A DNA stretch of 64,000 nt from an uncultured Pseudobdellovibrionaceae bacterium (GCA_964588335.1 CAZPOV010000008.1:68918-132917), one strand, 5' to 3'. Positions 17,941 to 28,444 are shown, counted from the first letter of the stretch. The notes: generated by a model from the sequence alone, not told the origin. Numbers and translations: made by a program.

Positions 17941-19215
17941 TTGCTGGAGGCTATTGTGGAAAATGTGACTTCGGGTCCACTGTTTAAAAACGTCATGCAT
18001 GCGTTGGATAATGCTGCAAATCTTATCAACTGCGACCCTAATGTTCTGGTTCGATTAAAACAACCTCGTCGATCGCTGATCTTTAGTATCCCGGTGCGAA
18101 TGGATGACGGTAACGTAAAAGTCTTCCCCGGGTATCGAGTGCAATACTCGTCATCGCTGGGACCATTCAAGGGTGGTATTCGTTATCACCAAGATGTCAA
18201 TTTAAGTGAGGTTGCTGGTCTGGCGGCCCTGATGACTTTCAAAACATCTCTTTTGAATTTACCTTTAGGTGGAGCCAAAGGTGGTGTCCGTGTTAATCCC
18301 GGTGAGCTTTCGCGAACTGAAAAACAAAGTCTCACTCGTCGTTTTACCACCGAACTGGGTCCTTTTATCGGTCCCCATGAAGATATTCCGGCTCCCGACA
18401 TGGGAACCGATGGTCAAACCATGGCATGGATGATGGACACCTATTCACAGCAGACGGGTTTTGCTCAGCCTGGCGTGGTCACTGGTAAACCCATTGAAAT
18501 TGGTGGTTCCCTGGGGCGTGTGAGTTCTACGGGTCATGGTGTTATTCATATCGCCGCCAAAGCCTGCGAGTATCAAGGAAGCAGTTTTAATCAGGCCACG
18601 TTGGCGGTACAAGGTTTTGGTAATGTCGGACAGCATGCTTGCGATCTGGCTCATGAGATGGGTGCGAAAGTGATCGCCGTGAGTGATGTCAGTGGCGGCA
18701 TCTTTAAAGGCGACGGTCTCGATATTCCAGAACTGATGCGCTACGTGCAAGAAAACAAAGTCGTTAAAGGTTTTCCTGGAGCCGAGCCCATCACCAACGA
18801 AGAGCTTCTGGAACTTGAAGTGGATGTCCTCGCTCCTTGTGCTTTGGACGGAGTCATTCATTCTAAAAATGCAGAGAACGTAAAAGCAAAAATTATTGTT
18901 GAAGGTGCCAACGGTCCAACAACCGCAGAGGCCGATGAGATTCTCCACAAAAAAGGAATTGTTGTGGTTCCTGATATTTTAGCCAACGGTGGTGGTGTGA
19001 TCGTTAGTTATTTCGAGTGGGTGCAAGACGTTCAAAACTATTACTGGGATCTTGAAGCTGTTGAGCAGAACATGAAAAAAACGATCATTAAGGCTTACAC
19101 AAAAGTTCACCAGTTTGCTGAAGAGGAAAAAGTCAGTACCCGAGCCGCTGCAATGGCCGTTTCGGTGAAACATTTAGAAAAAGCCATGTTGCTTCGAGGC
19201 TTGTATCCTCGATGA
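17941..19215 (+). CDS. gdh: Glutamate dehydrogenase (Glu/Leu/Phe/Val dehydrogenase family)
   Basis: Motifs FKGGIRYH, MTFKTSLLNLPLGGAKGG and the Rossmann GFGNVG. The exact start is uncertain (TTG 17941, GTG 17956 or GTG 17965). Confidence 0.85.
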   Translation: MLEAIVENVTSGPLFKNVMHALDNAANLINCDPNVLVRLKQPRRSLIFSIPVRMDDGNVKVFPGYRVQYSSSLGPFKGGIRYHQDVNLSEVAGLAALMTFKTSLLNLPLGGAKGGVRVNPGELSRTEKQSLTRRFTTELGPFIGPHEDIPAPDMGTDGQTMAWMMDTYSQQTGFAQPGVVTGKPIEIGGSLGRVSSTGHGVIHIAAKACEYQGSSFNQATLAVQGFGNVGQHACDLAHEMGAKVIAVSDVSGGIFKGDGLDIPELMRYVQENKVVKGFPGAEPITNEELLELEVDVLAPCALDGVIHSKNAENVKAKIIVEGANGPTTAEADEILHKKGIVVVPDILANGGGVIVSYFEWVQDVQNYYWDLEAVEQNMKKTIIKAYTKVHQFAEEEKVSTRAAAMAVSVKHLEKAMLLRGLYPR

Positions 19216-20222
19216 GTAAAAAAAAGAAGGGAGTTCTTACGCGACCCTGGTTGTGGTTTTCTTCGCAACTGGCTCACGATTTGGCTCCCTACAGCTTGCC
19301 TCTTCTGGGCAAGGTTTTGTCTGTTTCTAATCCTCAATACCGATCCTTTCAATGGCGAGGCCTTGAGTTTCGCAATCCCTTAGGTGTGGCTGGTGGTGTC
19401 GACAAAACCGGGAGAGCCCTGGCGGCTTGGCAAGAGCTGGGCGCTGGTTTTTTAGAGGTGGGTACAGTGACTCCAGAGCCCCAGGGCCCCAATCCTGGAA
19501 AAATCATGGATCGTGATTTAGAGCATGAGGCTTTGTGGAACAAAATGGGTTTTCCAAACCCAGGTATGCAGGCTTTGTCGGAAAAGTTGGAAGCTTTCAC
19601 GCAGCGAAAAGTTCCCTTGTTTATCAACATTGGTAAAAACCGATGGACCGACAATCAGCAGGCCTATCAAGATTATAGTCAGTGTTTTTCCCATCTCCAC
19701 AAATACGCCGATGTTTTTGTGGCCAACCTCAGCAGTCCCAACACCAAAGGGCTTCGAGACCTGTTGACTCAAGAACATCTGAAGACCTTTTTAACAAAAC
19801 TAAAGGAAAAGGCTTTAGATGTGGCGCCCAATAAACCTCTTTTATTGAAACTCAGCCCCGATATGGATGAAGACACTTTGCGAATGGCACTGAGCGAGTC
19901 GGGTGAAATGGTCGATGGTTGGATTTTAACGAACACCACCAAAAGTCGTTATCCGGGCTCGCCTTTTCCGGCCGACCAAGGTGGGGTGTCGGGTGAGCCT
20001 CTCAAAGGCCTATCAAGGCAGGCCTTGAAGGTCGCTGCTCAATACAAAAAGCAAGACCCGGGGAAACTTCTGATCTCAGTGGGGGGAATTGGCAGTCCCG
20101 CTGAGGTGGCCCTACGCTTGGATATGGGAGCTGATCTTGTGCAATTCTACTCGGCCCTCGTTATCCAGGGTCCTCGGTTTTTTGCTCGGACCTTATCTCG
20201 ATTGCAGAACGATTTTTCTTAA
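19212..20222 (+). CDS. pyrD: Dihydroorotate dehydrogenase (quinone), class 2
   Basis: Motifs FRNPLGVAGGVDK, GFLEVGTVTP, NKMGFPN and NLSSPNT. The ATG overlaps the gdh stop (ATGA). Confidence 0.9.
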   Translation: MSKKKKGVLTRPWLWFSSQLAHDLAPYSLPLLGKVLSVSNPQYRSFQWRGLEFRNPLGVAGGVDKTGRALAAWQELGAGFLEVGTVTPEPQGPNPGKIMDRDLEHEALWNKMGFPNPGMQALSEKLEAFTQRKVPLFINIGKNRWTDNQQAYQDYSQCFSHLHKYADVFVANLSSPNTKGLRDLLTQEHLKTFLTKLKEKALDVAPNKPLLLKLSPDMDEDTLRMALSESGEMVDGWILTNTTKSRYPGSPFPADQGGVSGEPLKGLSRQALKVAAQYKKQDPGKLLISVGGIGSPAEVALRLDMGADLVQFYSALVIQGPRFFARTLSRLQNDFS

Positions 20223-20238
20223 AAAACTTTAATGGTTC

Positions 20239-20697
20239 ATGAGTCAATCAATGACAGGTCAGGGGAGCTGTAATACTCTGAAAAACATGGCTTCGAAAAG
20301 ACCGACCTGGATTCCAGTAGTGACCGCGATGATCCGTAAGGGTCCTTACGTTCTCGTTGGCCAGCGGCCGGAAGGGCATACGCTGGCGGGACAGTGGGAG
20401 TTCCCGGGCGGCAAAATTGAAATTGGCGAATCCCCCGAGCAAGCTCTGGCGCGTGAGCTGCAAGAAGAGCTCGGTATTGAGGCCGAGATTGGTCAGGTGA
20501 AAATGGCGTGCACCCACAGCTATCCCGATGTGGGGATCTTTCTGGTCTTCTTTGAAGTTCAATACTGGAAGGGGGAGCCGAAACCGGTTCACCATTCCGA
20601 GTTGCGATGGGTTTTGCCCGAGGAATTAAAAAATATCAATATTCCAGAAGCCAACCGTAAACTTCTGCCGACAATATTGGATATATTAAGTAATTAA
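20239..20697 (+). CDS. mutT: NUDIX hydrolase, MutT-like (8-oxo-dGTP diphosphatase family)
   Basis: Nudix box GQWEFPGGKIEIGESPEQALARELQEELGI. The true start may be the internal ATG at 20287. Confidence 0.75.
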   Translation: MSQSMTGQGSCNTLKNMASKRPTWIPVVTAMIRKGPYVLVGQRPEGHTLAGQWEFPGGKIEIGESPEQALARELQEELGIEAEIGQVKMACTHSYPDVGIFLVFFEVQYWKGEPKPVHHSELRWVLPEELKNINIPEANRKLLPTILDILSN

Positions 20698-20760
20698 TGA
20701 CTCACCAGTTTGTTGCTCGCATCACTAGCCGTGAACAGCTTTTAACGCTAATATCAATTG

Positions 20761-22011
20761 ATGGCGAATAAAACGATCCCCGAAACTTTAAACATTTGCT
20801 TGGTGGCAGAAAAATTTCCAATTATTGGCCGCACCCATGCGCGTGGGTTTATTGCCCCTATTGCTCGCGGGTTGGTCAAGGCGGGGCATAAAGTTTCGGT
20901 CATCGCTTGGGACAACCCGCTGGGCGAAAAAGAAATTGAGCAAGAGGGCATTAAAACCTATTTCGTGGCGGGGGCCAACACCAGTCGAACCGAACTTTTT
21001 TCTCGACGTGTTCATCAAAAATTTTCAGAGCTCCACAGTAAAGATCCGTTTCATATTGTCCACAGTCTGACCCACTCGGCGATCCGAGTCGGTTATGAAA
21101 AAAAGAACTTGGGAATTGCTATTGCTTACGATGTCACGGCCACAAAAATGTCGGAGATTTTTTCAATCTATGGTTTAGCCGAAAACACTGTGACCAGCCA
21201 ATTGAAAACAGCCTACAGGGTGGCCACGCGATTTTTACAGACTTACTCGATTCGCGATCGCTTGGTTTTGAAAAATGCCGATGGTGTTTTCGTCCACAGT
21301 CCGCAGCAAGCCTTGGCCCTTGAAAGATATTATCTTTACCCTGAAATGAAGACTTTCAGTATACCTTACGGAATCGAAATAGAAGACCTTTCACCAAGGC
21401 AAGGTTCCGATGAGCTTCGACAGAAGTTGAAGATTCCAAAATCGGCCAAGATTGCGGTGACGGTTTCAGATATGATTGAAAAGCAAGATGTTATAAATAT
21501 CCTGCGGGCCTTTCAGCCAGTGGCGACCAAAAAGCCGTCCTCCCATTTGATTATTGTCGGGCATGGACCGGCTTTTAAAGATATCGAGTATGAAATGTTG
21601 AACCTGGCCTTAGGAAGTCATGTCACCCTGATTGGCTCTGTTCCAGCTTACGAGATTTCCTCATACATCGATCTTGCCAACGTCTATATTTATTTAGGCG
21701 GACGGGCTTCCGGCTATGATCCTAATTTGCTAGAAGCAATGATTCAGGAAAAAATAATAATTGGTTCAGAAGTGAGTCCCATTGCCACTGTCGTGGAAGA
21801 TGGCACCGACGGCTTTCTGATTCGGCCGGCTGACGTCAGTACGCTGACCCAACTTCTAATGGGATTATTTCTTGGGCAAATTTTGCCAGGAGATATGGGT
21901 AAAAATGCCCGCGCCAAAGCTTTGGATATCTTTGATACCAGTAAGATGGTGAGCGGAACCCTGAGTGCCTATGAGAAGATTTTAGGGAACAATAAGTGGG
22001 TGAAGCTTTAA
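20761..22011 (+). CDS. Glycosyltransferase, GT-B fold (group 1 / GT4-like)
   Basis: 417 aa with a C-terminal GT1 pattern (LIIVGHGP…EGFGLvLLEAM-like: GYDPNLLEAMIQEKIIIGSEV…DGTDGFL). Confidence 0.7.
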   Translation: MANKTIPETLNICLVAEKFPIIGRTHARGFIAPIARGLVKAGHKVSVIAWDNPLGEKEIEQEGIKTYFVAGANTSRTELFSRRVHQKFSELHSKDPFHIVHSLTHSAIRVGYEKKNLGIAIAYDVTATKMSEIFSIYGLAENTVTSQLKTAYRVATRFLQTYSIRDRLVLKNADGVFVHSPQQALALERYYLYPEMKTFSIPYGIEIEDLSPRQGSDELRQKLKIPKSAKIAVTVSDMIEKQDVINILRAFQPVATKKPSSHLIIVGHGPAFKDIEYEMLNLALGSHVTLIGSVPAYEISSYIDLANVYIYLGGRASGYDPNLLEAMIQEKIIIGSEVSPIATVVEDGTDGFLIRPADVSTLTQLLMGLFLGQILPGDMGKNARAKALDIFDTSKMVSGTLSAYEKILGNNKWVKL

Positions 22012-22131
22012 ATCTGTGGACATTGCCTCCACCTAGGTCGAGATGATGCTGTATTTCGTCATCTCTCAGGAGCCACTGGAAAACAATATTGGCCTGCGCT
22101 GGCCGAAAGTCGCTCGAAACTCGATAAATCC

Positions 22132-22159
22132 TTGGTCTTCTTAGCTGTATTGGTATAAT
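22132..22159 (+). promoter_or_regulatory. Putative sigma-70 promoter for the IHF/HU gene
   Basis: TTGGTC (22132-22137), a 16-nt spacer, then a perfect TATAAT (22154-22159), about 38 nt upstream of the ATG. Confidence 0.35.
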
Positions 22160-22196
22160 TTAATAAATATTCTAATAAGTTAAAGGTGTTGAAAGT

Positions 22197-22475
22197 ATGA
22201 CCAAAGCAGACCTAATTAATCATATTTCTGAAAAATCAGGCATCACGCGAGTTAAAGCTGAGACTGTTGTTAATACTATTTTTGACTCAATGGTAGAGGC
22301 CTTACTTAAAGATGATCGCATAGAGATTCGGGGCTTTGGATCTTTCACCAACAAGGCTTATGATGCTTACCAAGGTCGTAACCCACGAACTGGTGAAGTG
22401 ATTCACGTGCCTGAAAAGAAATTGCCGTTTTTTAAAGTCGGCAAAGAGCTCAAAGAAGACATTAATAAGTCGTAA
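22197..22475 (+). CDS. ihfB: Integration host factor beta-like / HU family DNA-binding protein
   Basis: 92 aa with RIEIRGFGSF and GRNPRTGEVIHVPEKKLPFFKVGKELK. Confidence 0.75.
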   Translation: MTKADLINHISEKSGITRVKAETVVNTIFDSMVEALLKDDRIEIRGFGSFTNKAYDAYQGRNPRTGEVIHVPEKKLPFFKVGKELKEDINKS

Positions 22476-22548
22476 GTAAAGGTTCTAGACTCGACCTGAG
22501 TCAAGAACATCGTCCTTTATCTCATTATATTTAGTCATTTACCGATAA

Positions 22549-23523
22549 ATGATTGTAATGAGTAAAAAGAAAAAAAAGCTGGAAGATGAGTTATTAGACC
22601 TCAAGCTCGGTGAGAGTGAAGGCAGTGCTGCGCAGTCTGAAGCTTTGGATTTAAATCTTTCAGATCTTGATCTGTCAGAAGACGACGCCGATCCATCGGA
22701 TGCAAAAACCGCGGTTGACCCAAAAGTGGCTGGCAAAGGGCAAGACAAAACCATTCGACTCATTCATACAAACACTGGAAACTTACCTCCAGCACCCCAT
22801 AAGGCACCCCCGGCACCAAAAGAAAACCACGACGAAGTTAAAGTGAGTTATGGTCTTCCTTCAAAACAACAAGTGCCAAGAACGCCGGATGAAGATTCTT
22901 TTTCCTCGGGGGGGAGTTTAAAGCAATCCGAACATTTAAGAATAGCACAGCGAAAAATCAATGACCTAGAAGACGAAGTGGCTAAGTTGCGTCGGGAAAA
23001 TGAAGACTTAGCCTCGGCGGGTGAAACCTTTAAGAAGCTCAATGACGAATACTATAGTGAGATAGAGAACCTGAAGTCGAAATTGCACGACACCAAGCAA
23101 ACCTCTTATCAAGAAATAAAACTCTTGAAGCGGATTCATCAAAGCAAGGAAAAGCAAATCACTGAGCTGAAGCAGCAAGTGGACGATTACAAATCGAGAA
23201 TCGACAATAACTTTCAGAGGGTGCGAAAAAGAGAAAAAGATCTTGAGCACCGGCTTGAGATTGCAAAAATAGAAGAAGCTGCCGTTGTAAAATCGAAAGA
23301 TCAATTGATCTTGGATCTGAAAAGACGAATTGATGAAGTTTCCAATGAGTCTGATAATTTTCGAAAAAAGAGCCAGGAAAATTACAAGGAGTTACAAAAA
23401 AAGCAACAGGTGGTGCGGGGAGTGATCCGAGCCCTGAGAATTGCTCTCACTAAGCTTGAAGGGGACGACGACAGCGATTATGGAATAGAATCCTTAGAGG
23501 GTGGGGCCGGAGATGAACAGTGA
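22549..23523 (+). CDS. Hypothetical coiled-coil protein (acidic N-terminus, long heptad region)
   Basis: 324-aa ORF that is E/K/D-rich with a coiled-coil-like region (LEDEVAKLRRENEDL…). I recognised no enzymatic motif. The start may be ATG at 22558. Confidence 0.55.
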   Translation: MIVMSKKKKKLEDELLDLKLGESEGSAAQSEALDLNLSDLDLSEDDADPSDAKTAVDPKVAGKGQDKTIRLIHTNTGNLPPAPHKAPPAPKENHDEVKVSYGLPSKQQVPRTPDEDSFSSGGSLKQSEHLRIAQRKINDLEDEVAKLRRENEDLASAGETFKKLNDEYYSEIENLKSKLHDTKQTSYQEIKLLKRIHQSKEKQITELKQQVDDYKSRIDNNFQRVRKREKDLEHRLEIAKIEEAAVVKSKDQLILDLKRRIDEVSNESDNFRKKSQENYKELQKKQQVVRGVIRALRIALTKLEGDDDSDYGIESLEGGAGDEQ

Positions 23524-24823
23524 TCTCAAAGTTGCTCTACTAAATTGTTCGAAGCTCACAGAACAATTCGAAGTTTTCTCTCAGTGGTTGTACCAGGTGA
23601 ATTCTCCAAAAGATCTCGTTCGACTTCTTATTGAAAAAGACGTGGATCTTGTGGTTGCTTCCGGACCGGAGTCGATGGTGGGGAAATGGCGAAAAGTTTC
23701 TCAGGCTTATCAGGTGCCATTTCTGATTTTAGGTTCAGCGGAAAAGTTTAAAAAATGTGATGATTTTGTGGTTGGATTTATTGATAAAAATAGCGATCTT
23801 GGGGCTTGTCTTCAGTCCTGTAAGGACGTTATTTTAAGGTTTCAGAGTGAACGTCAGTTATCACAAATGGAGTATGTTTTAGAGCACACAACCAACTTCA
23901 CAGACCGGGTTCTACATACAACAAAAGATCTTTTTATCTCAGATGCGAAGTCATTTTTTAAAAACTACTACAAAATGGAGAATTGCCATTGGGTTTCGGT
24001 TCGTCCATCCTCTTCGAAATTACCGGCCATTCTAAAGCTGAAGCAGGAGCTAGAAAATCAGAAAGTCGATCAGGGAGGCCTGATTCAAGATCTTGACGAT
24101 TGTGCCACTGAAATCGTCAACAATTGTCACTTTCAGATCTGGAAAACCAATAGAGGCGAGTATCTGGCTATGATTTGGATTCATGAAGAGGATCAAGCCA
24201 GTCAGTGTATTGTTCTCAACAAAATTCAGATTCGCAAAAGAACAGAGTTTCAGGCTTTTCTCGCTGCTCTTATTCCGTTTTTAAACCGCCGTTGGTCGTT
24301 ATGCCAATTGGTTGGCGAGGCTCAGAGTCAGGTCTACCGTGACAGTTTGACAGATCTTTACAACCAGAAGTTTTTAATGGAAGTGGTTGCCAAAAAAATT
24401 GAAGAATACAGAAGATATAAAACGCCATTTTCGATCCTGTTTCTTGATGTTGACCACTTCAAGAGGGTCAACGATTCCTTGGGGCATATTGTTGGTTCGG
24501 GGGTTTTGAAGAAGATGGGGGATTTGCTTATGGAGCAGATCCGTACCTCTGACTTTGCCTTTCGCTACGGTGGGGATGAATTTATTATACTGCTCAGCCA
24601 CACTGAGGGGGAGGATGCCGTTAATGTCGCAGAGAGAATCCGAAAAGAGGTTGAAAATTCTCCATTTGCTGTTAATGGTTTAAAGGTTCGAATTACGGTA
24701 AGTATTGGACTGGCCTTTTTCCCTACACACGCGGACTCTGCCGAAGACATCATTCGAATCGCTGATGAAGCCATGTATTACGGGAAGAATAAAAGTCGTA
24801 ACATAGTTTATAAAGCGAGCTAA
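23513..24823 (+). CDS. Diguanylate cyclase (GGDEF) with an unknown N-terminal sensor region
   Basis: C-terminal DVDHFKRVNDSLGH…RYGGDEFIIL…AMYYGKNKSRN. The ATG at 23513 overlaps the upstream gene by 11 nt. Confidence 0.85.
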   Translation: MNSDLKVALLNCSKLTEQFEVFSQWLYQVNSPKDLVRLLIEKDVDLVVASGPESMVGKWRKVSQAYQVPFLILGSAEKFKKCDDFVVGFIDKNSDLGACLQSCKDVILRFQSERQLSQMEYVLEHTTNFTDRVLHTTKDLFISDAKSFFKNYYKMENCHWVSVRPSSSKLPAILKLKQELENQKVDQGGLIQDLDDCATEIVNNCHFQIWKTNRGEYLAMIWIHEEDQASQCIVLNKIQIRKRTEFQAFLAALIPFLNRRWSLCQLVGEAQSQVYRDSLTDLYNQKFLMEVVAKKIEEYRRYKTPFSILFLDVDHFKRVNDSLGHIVGSGVLKKMGDLLMEQIRTSDFAFRYGGDEFIILLSHTEGEDAVNVAERIRKEVENSPFAVNGLKVRITVSIGLAFFPTHADSAEDIIRIADEAMYYGKNKSRNIVYKAS

Positions 24824-25905
24824 TGGAAAAAAAGATAAAGATTATTGTCAGCGATATGCATCTTGGAAAAGGAAAAATCCTTGAAGATGGTGCCGTCAAT
24901 AACCTTGAAGAATTCTTTTTCGGCGAAAAGTTTGCCGAACTCCTCGACTATTACACATCTGGCCAGTATAGAGACCACGCGGTTGAGCTGATTATCAACG
25001 GTGATTTTCTTAACTTTTTACAAGTGGACTACAAAGGCCATTTTTTGACTGTTTTCACTGAAGAGGTCTCGCTTGAGATTTTGAAAGATATCGTCAAAGG
25101 ACAGCCCGAGGCGTTCAAGGCATTGCGAGATTTTGCTGCCAAGCCTAAAAACCAAGTGACTTACGTTGTCGGCAATCATGATCAAGCCATGTTATGGCCC
25201 GGACTTCGTTCTTATTTGAATGAAGTTGTCGGAGTGCCGATCCGCTATAAAAGTATTGTTCACTATTTCGATGGGATTCATGTTGAGCATGGTCATATGT
25301 ATGAGGCGGCCAATCGCATTGATCCCAAAAAGTTTTTTCTTAAGAAAGATCTACCAGTGCCGATTCTGAATCTTCCTTTTGGGTCTCACTTTTTTGTGGA
25401 TTTCGTAATGAAGATTAAAGAGAAACACCCTCATATCGACAAGGTTCGCCCGTTTCGCTTGTTAATCCGTTGGGCTGTTTTCAATGAGTTTTGGTTTACC
25501 ATTAAAAGCTTTTTCAAGCTTATCGCCTATTTTGCTGGTTCTGTTGTCGTTAAAGATCCGCGTCGGCAATTTCCTTTCAGCCGAGTGATTAAAGTTTTTC
25601 TGGAAAGTGCTATTTTCCCAGACCTCAGCGAGTCGGCGAAAAAAATTCTGTCCGATGAGCGAGTGCATACGGTGGTCTTCGGTCACACCCATGTGTACCA
25701 ATATCGCCAGTGGGGCAAGAATCGAGAGTATTTCAATACTGGGACATGGACTGAATTAACTTCACTGGACGTCAGTTCCCTTGGAAAGATCACCAAACTC
25801 ACTTATGTACTTGTGGAGTATCCCGAAAAAGCCAATCGTCCGTTTTGCCGACTGAAAGAGTGGAAGGGATATCATCGTATTGAAGAAGATGTTGTTATAG
25901 CTTAG
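24823..25905 (+). CDS. Calcineurin-like metallophosphoesterase
   Basis: Motifs VSDMHLG, NGDFLNF, GNHD, HGH and GHTH appear in the canonical order. The start overlaps the upstream stop (TAATG). Confidence 0.75.
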   Translation: MEKKIKIIVSDMHLGKGKILEDGAVNNLEEFFFGEKFAELLDYYTSGQYRDHAVELIINGDFLNFLQVDYKGHFLTVFTEEVSLEILKDIVKGQPEAFKALRDFAAKPKNQVTYVVGNHDQAMLWPGLRSYLNEVVGVPIRYKSIVHYFDGIHVEHGHMYEAANRIDPKKFFLKKDLPVPILNLPFGSHFFVDFVMKIKEKHPHIDKVRPFRLLIRWAVFNEFWFTIKSFFKLIAYFAGSVVVKDPRRQFPFSRVIKVFLESAIFPDLSESAKKILSDERVHTVVFGHTHVYQYRQWGKNREYFNTGTWTELTSLDVSSLGKITKLTYVLVEYPEKANRPFCRLKEWKGYHRIEEDVVIA

Positions 25906-25919
25906 GTGAAGGAGAAAAA

Positions 25920-27146
25920 ATGTGGTCTTTACAAAGTCCCCGTGAAATTTCCGACCAGACTCAAGCGCTGGCTCAAGAAGCGACCAAAAGCTTCCTTAAT
26001 CGTAAGGATTTGGGTTTTTTTCGGCCCCAGACCATTTCGCAAGCAAAACGTGAGTGTGAGGGCCTGAAAGGCCTTCTTAACAGCTTCGAGGAGTTGGTGG
26101 TGATTGGCCTAGGCGGAAGTTCTTTGGGGGCCCAGACATTGCTGGATGCCCTGTTACCGACCAAGAAACGAAGCCAGCTTCATTTTCTTGATAATGTCGA
26201 TGCCTTCACTTTCGAGCAATGGATCCGGGAGATCGATTGTGATAAAAAAACTGGATGGATCATTTGTTCCAAGAGTGGTGGAACCATTGAGGCCCTGGCT
26301 CTTTATGACTACAGCTGCCAGTGGCTTTTGGAGAATAATAATATTGATATCCGTCGGTCAACGGTGGTGATCAGTGAAGATAAGGACAGCCTAGTCACAG
26401 AGTTTGCAAAAAAAAATGATTGTCCACAGCTGACGATCCCTTTAGATGTCGGCGGGCGGTTTTCAGTCTTTACTCCGGTTGGTTTGGCGCCAGCCCAGTT
26501 CGCAAACCTTGACTTACAAGCTTTTGAAGAAGGCTGTCTGTGGGCGTTAGATAACACCACTCTTGTGACCGAAATGGTGGCGCAACTTTGGACGTCGCAT
26601 TTGGCCAATGAATCCATTCTTTATACCTTTCAATACTGCGATCGTTTGCAAAGTTTTGGTTTGTGGTTGCAGCAGTTGTGGAGCGAGTCTCTGGGCAAAG
26701 CTCAAAAAAGAAATCAAGCTCAGGCGGAACCAGTTGCCACAATGGTTCCTTGTCGAGGAGCCTCCGATCAGCATTCTGTTCTTCAGCAGATTATAGAAGG
26801 TCGAGAGAAGAAGATGGTGTGTTTCCACCGTGTTGATGAGTCAGAGAAAGGGCAGCAGACACTTTCAAAAAGTCAGTTTGCAAAGTCTTTGATGGTACAA
26901 AAAAAGTTGGGTGAGCTGTTGGGTGTACAAGCTGATGCCACTGAAAAGGCCATCTCTCAGTCTCAGGCCGGTACAATGGTCCTAAAAACTTCGCATTTAA
27001 ATGAAAAATCGATGGCCAGCCTGATGATGCTCTGGATGCTTGTGACGGGTGTTTTGGGGGAATTATTGGATATTGATGCCTTCAACCAGCCTGGGGTCGA
27101 GTCCGGAAAAGTTATCACCCGTCGTGTTTTGAGTCAGGTCGATTGA
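25920..27146 (+). CDS. pgi: Glucose-6-phosphate isomerase (short bacterial type)
   Basis: Motifs GLGGSSLGAQ, SKSGGTIE, GGRFSVFTPVG and a C-terminal NQPGVE. Confidence 0.8.
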   Translation: MWSLQSPREISDQTQALAQEATKSFLNRKDLGFFRPQTISQAKRECEGLKGLLNSFEELVVIGLGGSSLGAQTLLDALLPTKKRSQLHFLDNVDAFTFEQWIREIDCDKKTGWIICSKSGGTIEALALYDYSCQWLLENNNIDIRRSTVVISEDKDSLVTEFAKKNDCPQLTIPLDVGGRFSVFTPVGLAPAQFANLDLQAFEEGCLWALDNTTLVTEMVAQLWTSHLANESILYTFQYCDRLQSFGLWLQQLWSESLGKAQKRNQAQAEPVATMVPCRGASDQHSVLQQIIEGREKKMVCFHRVDESEKGQQTLSKSQFAKSLMVQKKLGELLGVQADATEKAISQSQAGTMVLKTSHLNEKSMASLMMLWMLVTGVLGELLDIDAFNQPGVESGKVITRRVLSQVD

Positions 27147-27178
27147 GTTAAGCTTGAAAACTCTTTAAAATTAAGTCT

Positions 27179-28141
27179 ATGGGTGACAATAAGAAACTTG
27201 AAGAGTTCTTTGACGATTTTGAAACCAACACCGAAGAGAAAACTTCGATTGTGCAAGGTGGTACGTTCTCCAAGAGAATGCAAGACGCTGAAAAAGTGCC
27301 GCCAAGTCTAGTGTTATTAATGGGGCCAGCGGGTTATGTCAGTCGGCAATGGACCATTGATAACTCAGATATTATTATCGGGCGTTCGATGACTTCTTCA
27401 ATTTTTATTGATGACCGCAGTGTTTCGAAATCCCATGCCAAATTGACAATTTCTTTTGGTGAAGTGGCAATCATTGATTTAGATTCCACTAATAAAACAG
27501 TGATCAATGGCTCTGCCATACCCCCTTTTGTTCCCAAAAAACTGAAGAATAACGACCAAGTTAAGATTGGTAATGTATTGTTTAAGTTTCTTGAAGAGGG
27601 AAGTATCGAGGCAGCCGCTCATCAAAACCTACAATTGAAAAGTGAAAAAGACTCATTAACGAAAATTTGGAATAAAGGGGCACTTCTTCTTAAGGGGCCT
27701 GAATTCTTTAAAAGAGCCAAATTGTTAGAAGTTCCTTTAAGCCTTTTAATTTTTGATCTGGATCATTTCAAGAGAGTGAATGATAACTTTAGTCATCAGG
27801 CTGGAGACTATGTTTTGACCGAAACAGCACAGGTTATTCAATCCAAGCTGATTCGTAATGATGATTACTTTGCTCGTTTTGGTGGTGAAGAGTTTGTTAT
27901 TCTTCTTTTTGGGTCGAATCTACAGCAAGCTGAAGAGATTGGTGAGCGTATACGTGCGACGATCGAAAAACACGAATATGTTTTTGAAGGACAAAACCTA
28001 CCAATCACGGTTTCGATCGGTATCTCTTCTCAAGAGGAGAAAATGGCTTCATTTGATGAGCTTTTCGCGAAAGCCGATTCGGCTCTTTATGCCTCGAAAA
28101 ATTCGGGACGCAACCGGGTCACTGTTCTCAAATCAGGCTGA
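27179..28141 (+). CDS. FHA-domain diguanylate cyclase (FHA + GGDEF)
   Basis: FHA region IIGRS…VSKSHAKL…DLDSTNKTVINGS. GGDEF region DLDHFKRVND…RFGGEEFVIL…ALYASKNSGRN. Confidence 0.85.
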   Translation: MGDNKKLEEFFDDFETNTEEKTSIVQGGTFSKRMQDAEKVPPSLVLLMGPAGYVSRQWTIDNSDIIIGRSMTSSIFIDDRSVSKSHAKLTISFGEVAIIDLDSTNKTVINGSAIPPFVPKKLKNNDQVKIGNVLFKFLEEGSIEAAAHQNLQLKSEKDSLTKIWNKGALLLKGPEFFKRAKLLEVPLSLLIFDLDHFKRVNDNFSHQAGDYVLTETAQVIQSKLIRNDDYFARFGGEEFVILLFGSNLQQAEEIGERIRATIEKHEYVFEGQNLPITVSIGISSQEEKMASFDELFAKADSALYASKNSGRNRVTVLKSG

Positions 28142-28444
28142 TCCTGTCTCTCCCTCTTCACTCAAATTTGAGGGCGGAAAAAGGCAGATCAGAGCTTAAT
28201 AATAAAAAATAATGAACAGTCATTAACTTAAATGATGATTTAAGCATCTAAATTTATTACATTTTTTTAATAATACTCTTTTCACCTTATACAGACTATA
28301 AAAAATCATAAGTCGACTTTCGCAGCGCAGCGCCTTAAAACCAATGAACCAGTCCAGGAAGGGCTGGAGAGGGGCATCAGGAAGGACATCTAGAATTCAT
28401 GTTGTTACGACAGCCAACTAATCCAATATATCTGGGGGGAGACG

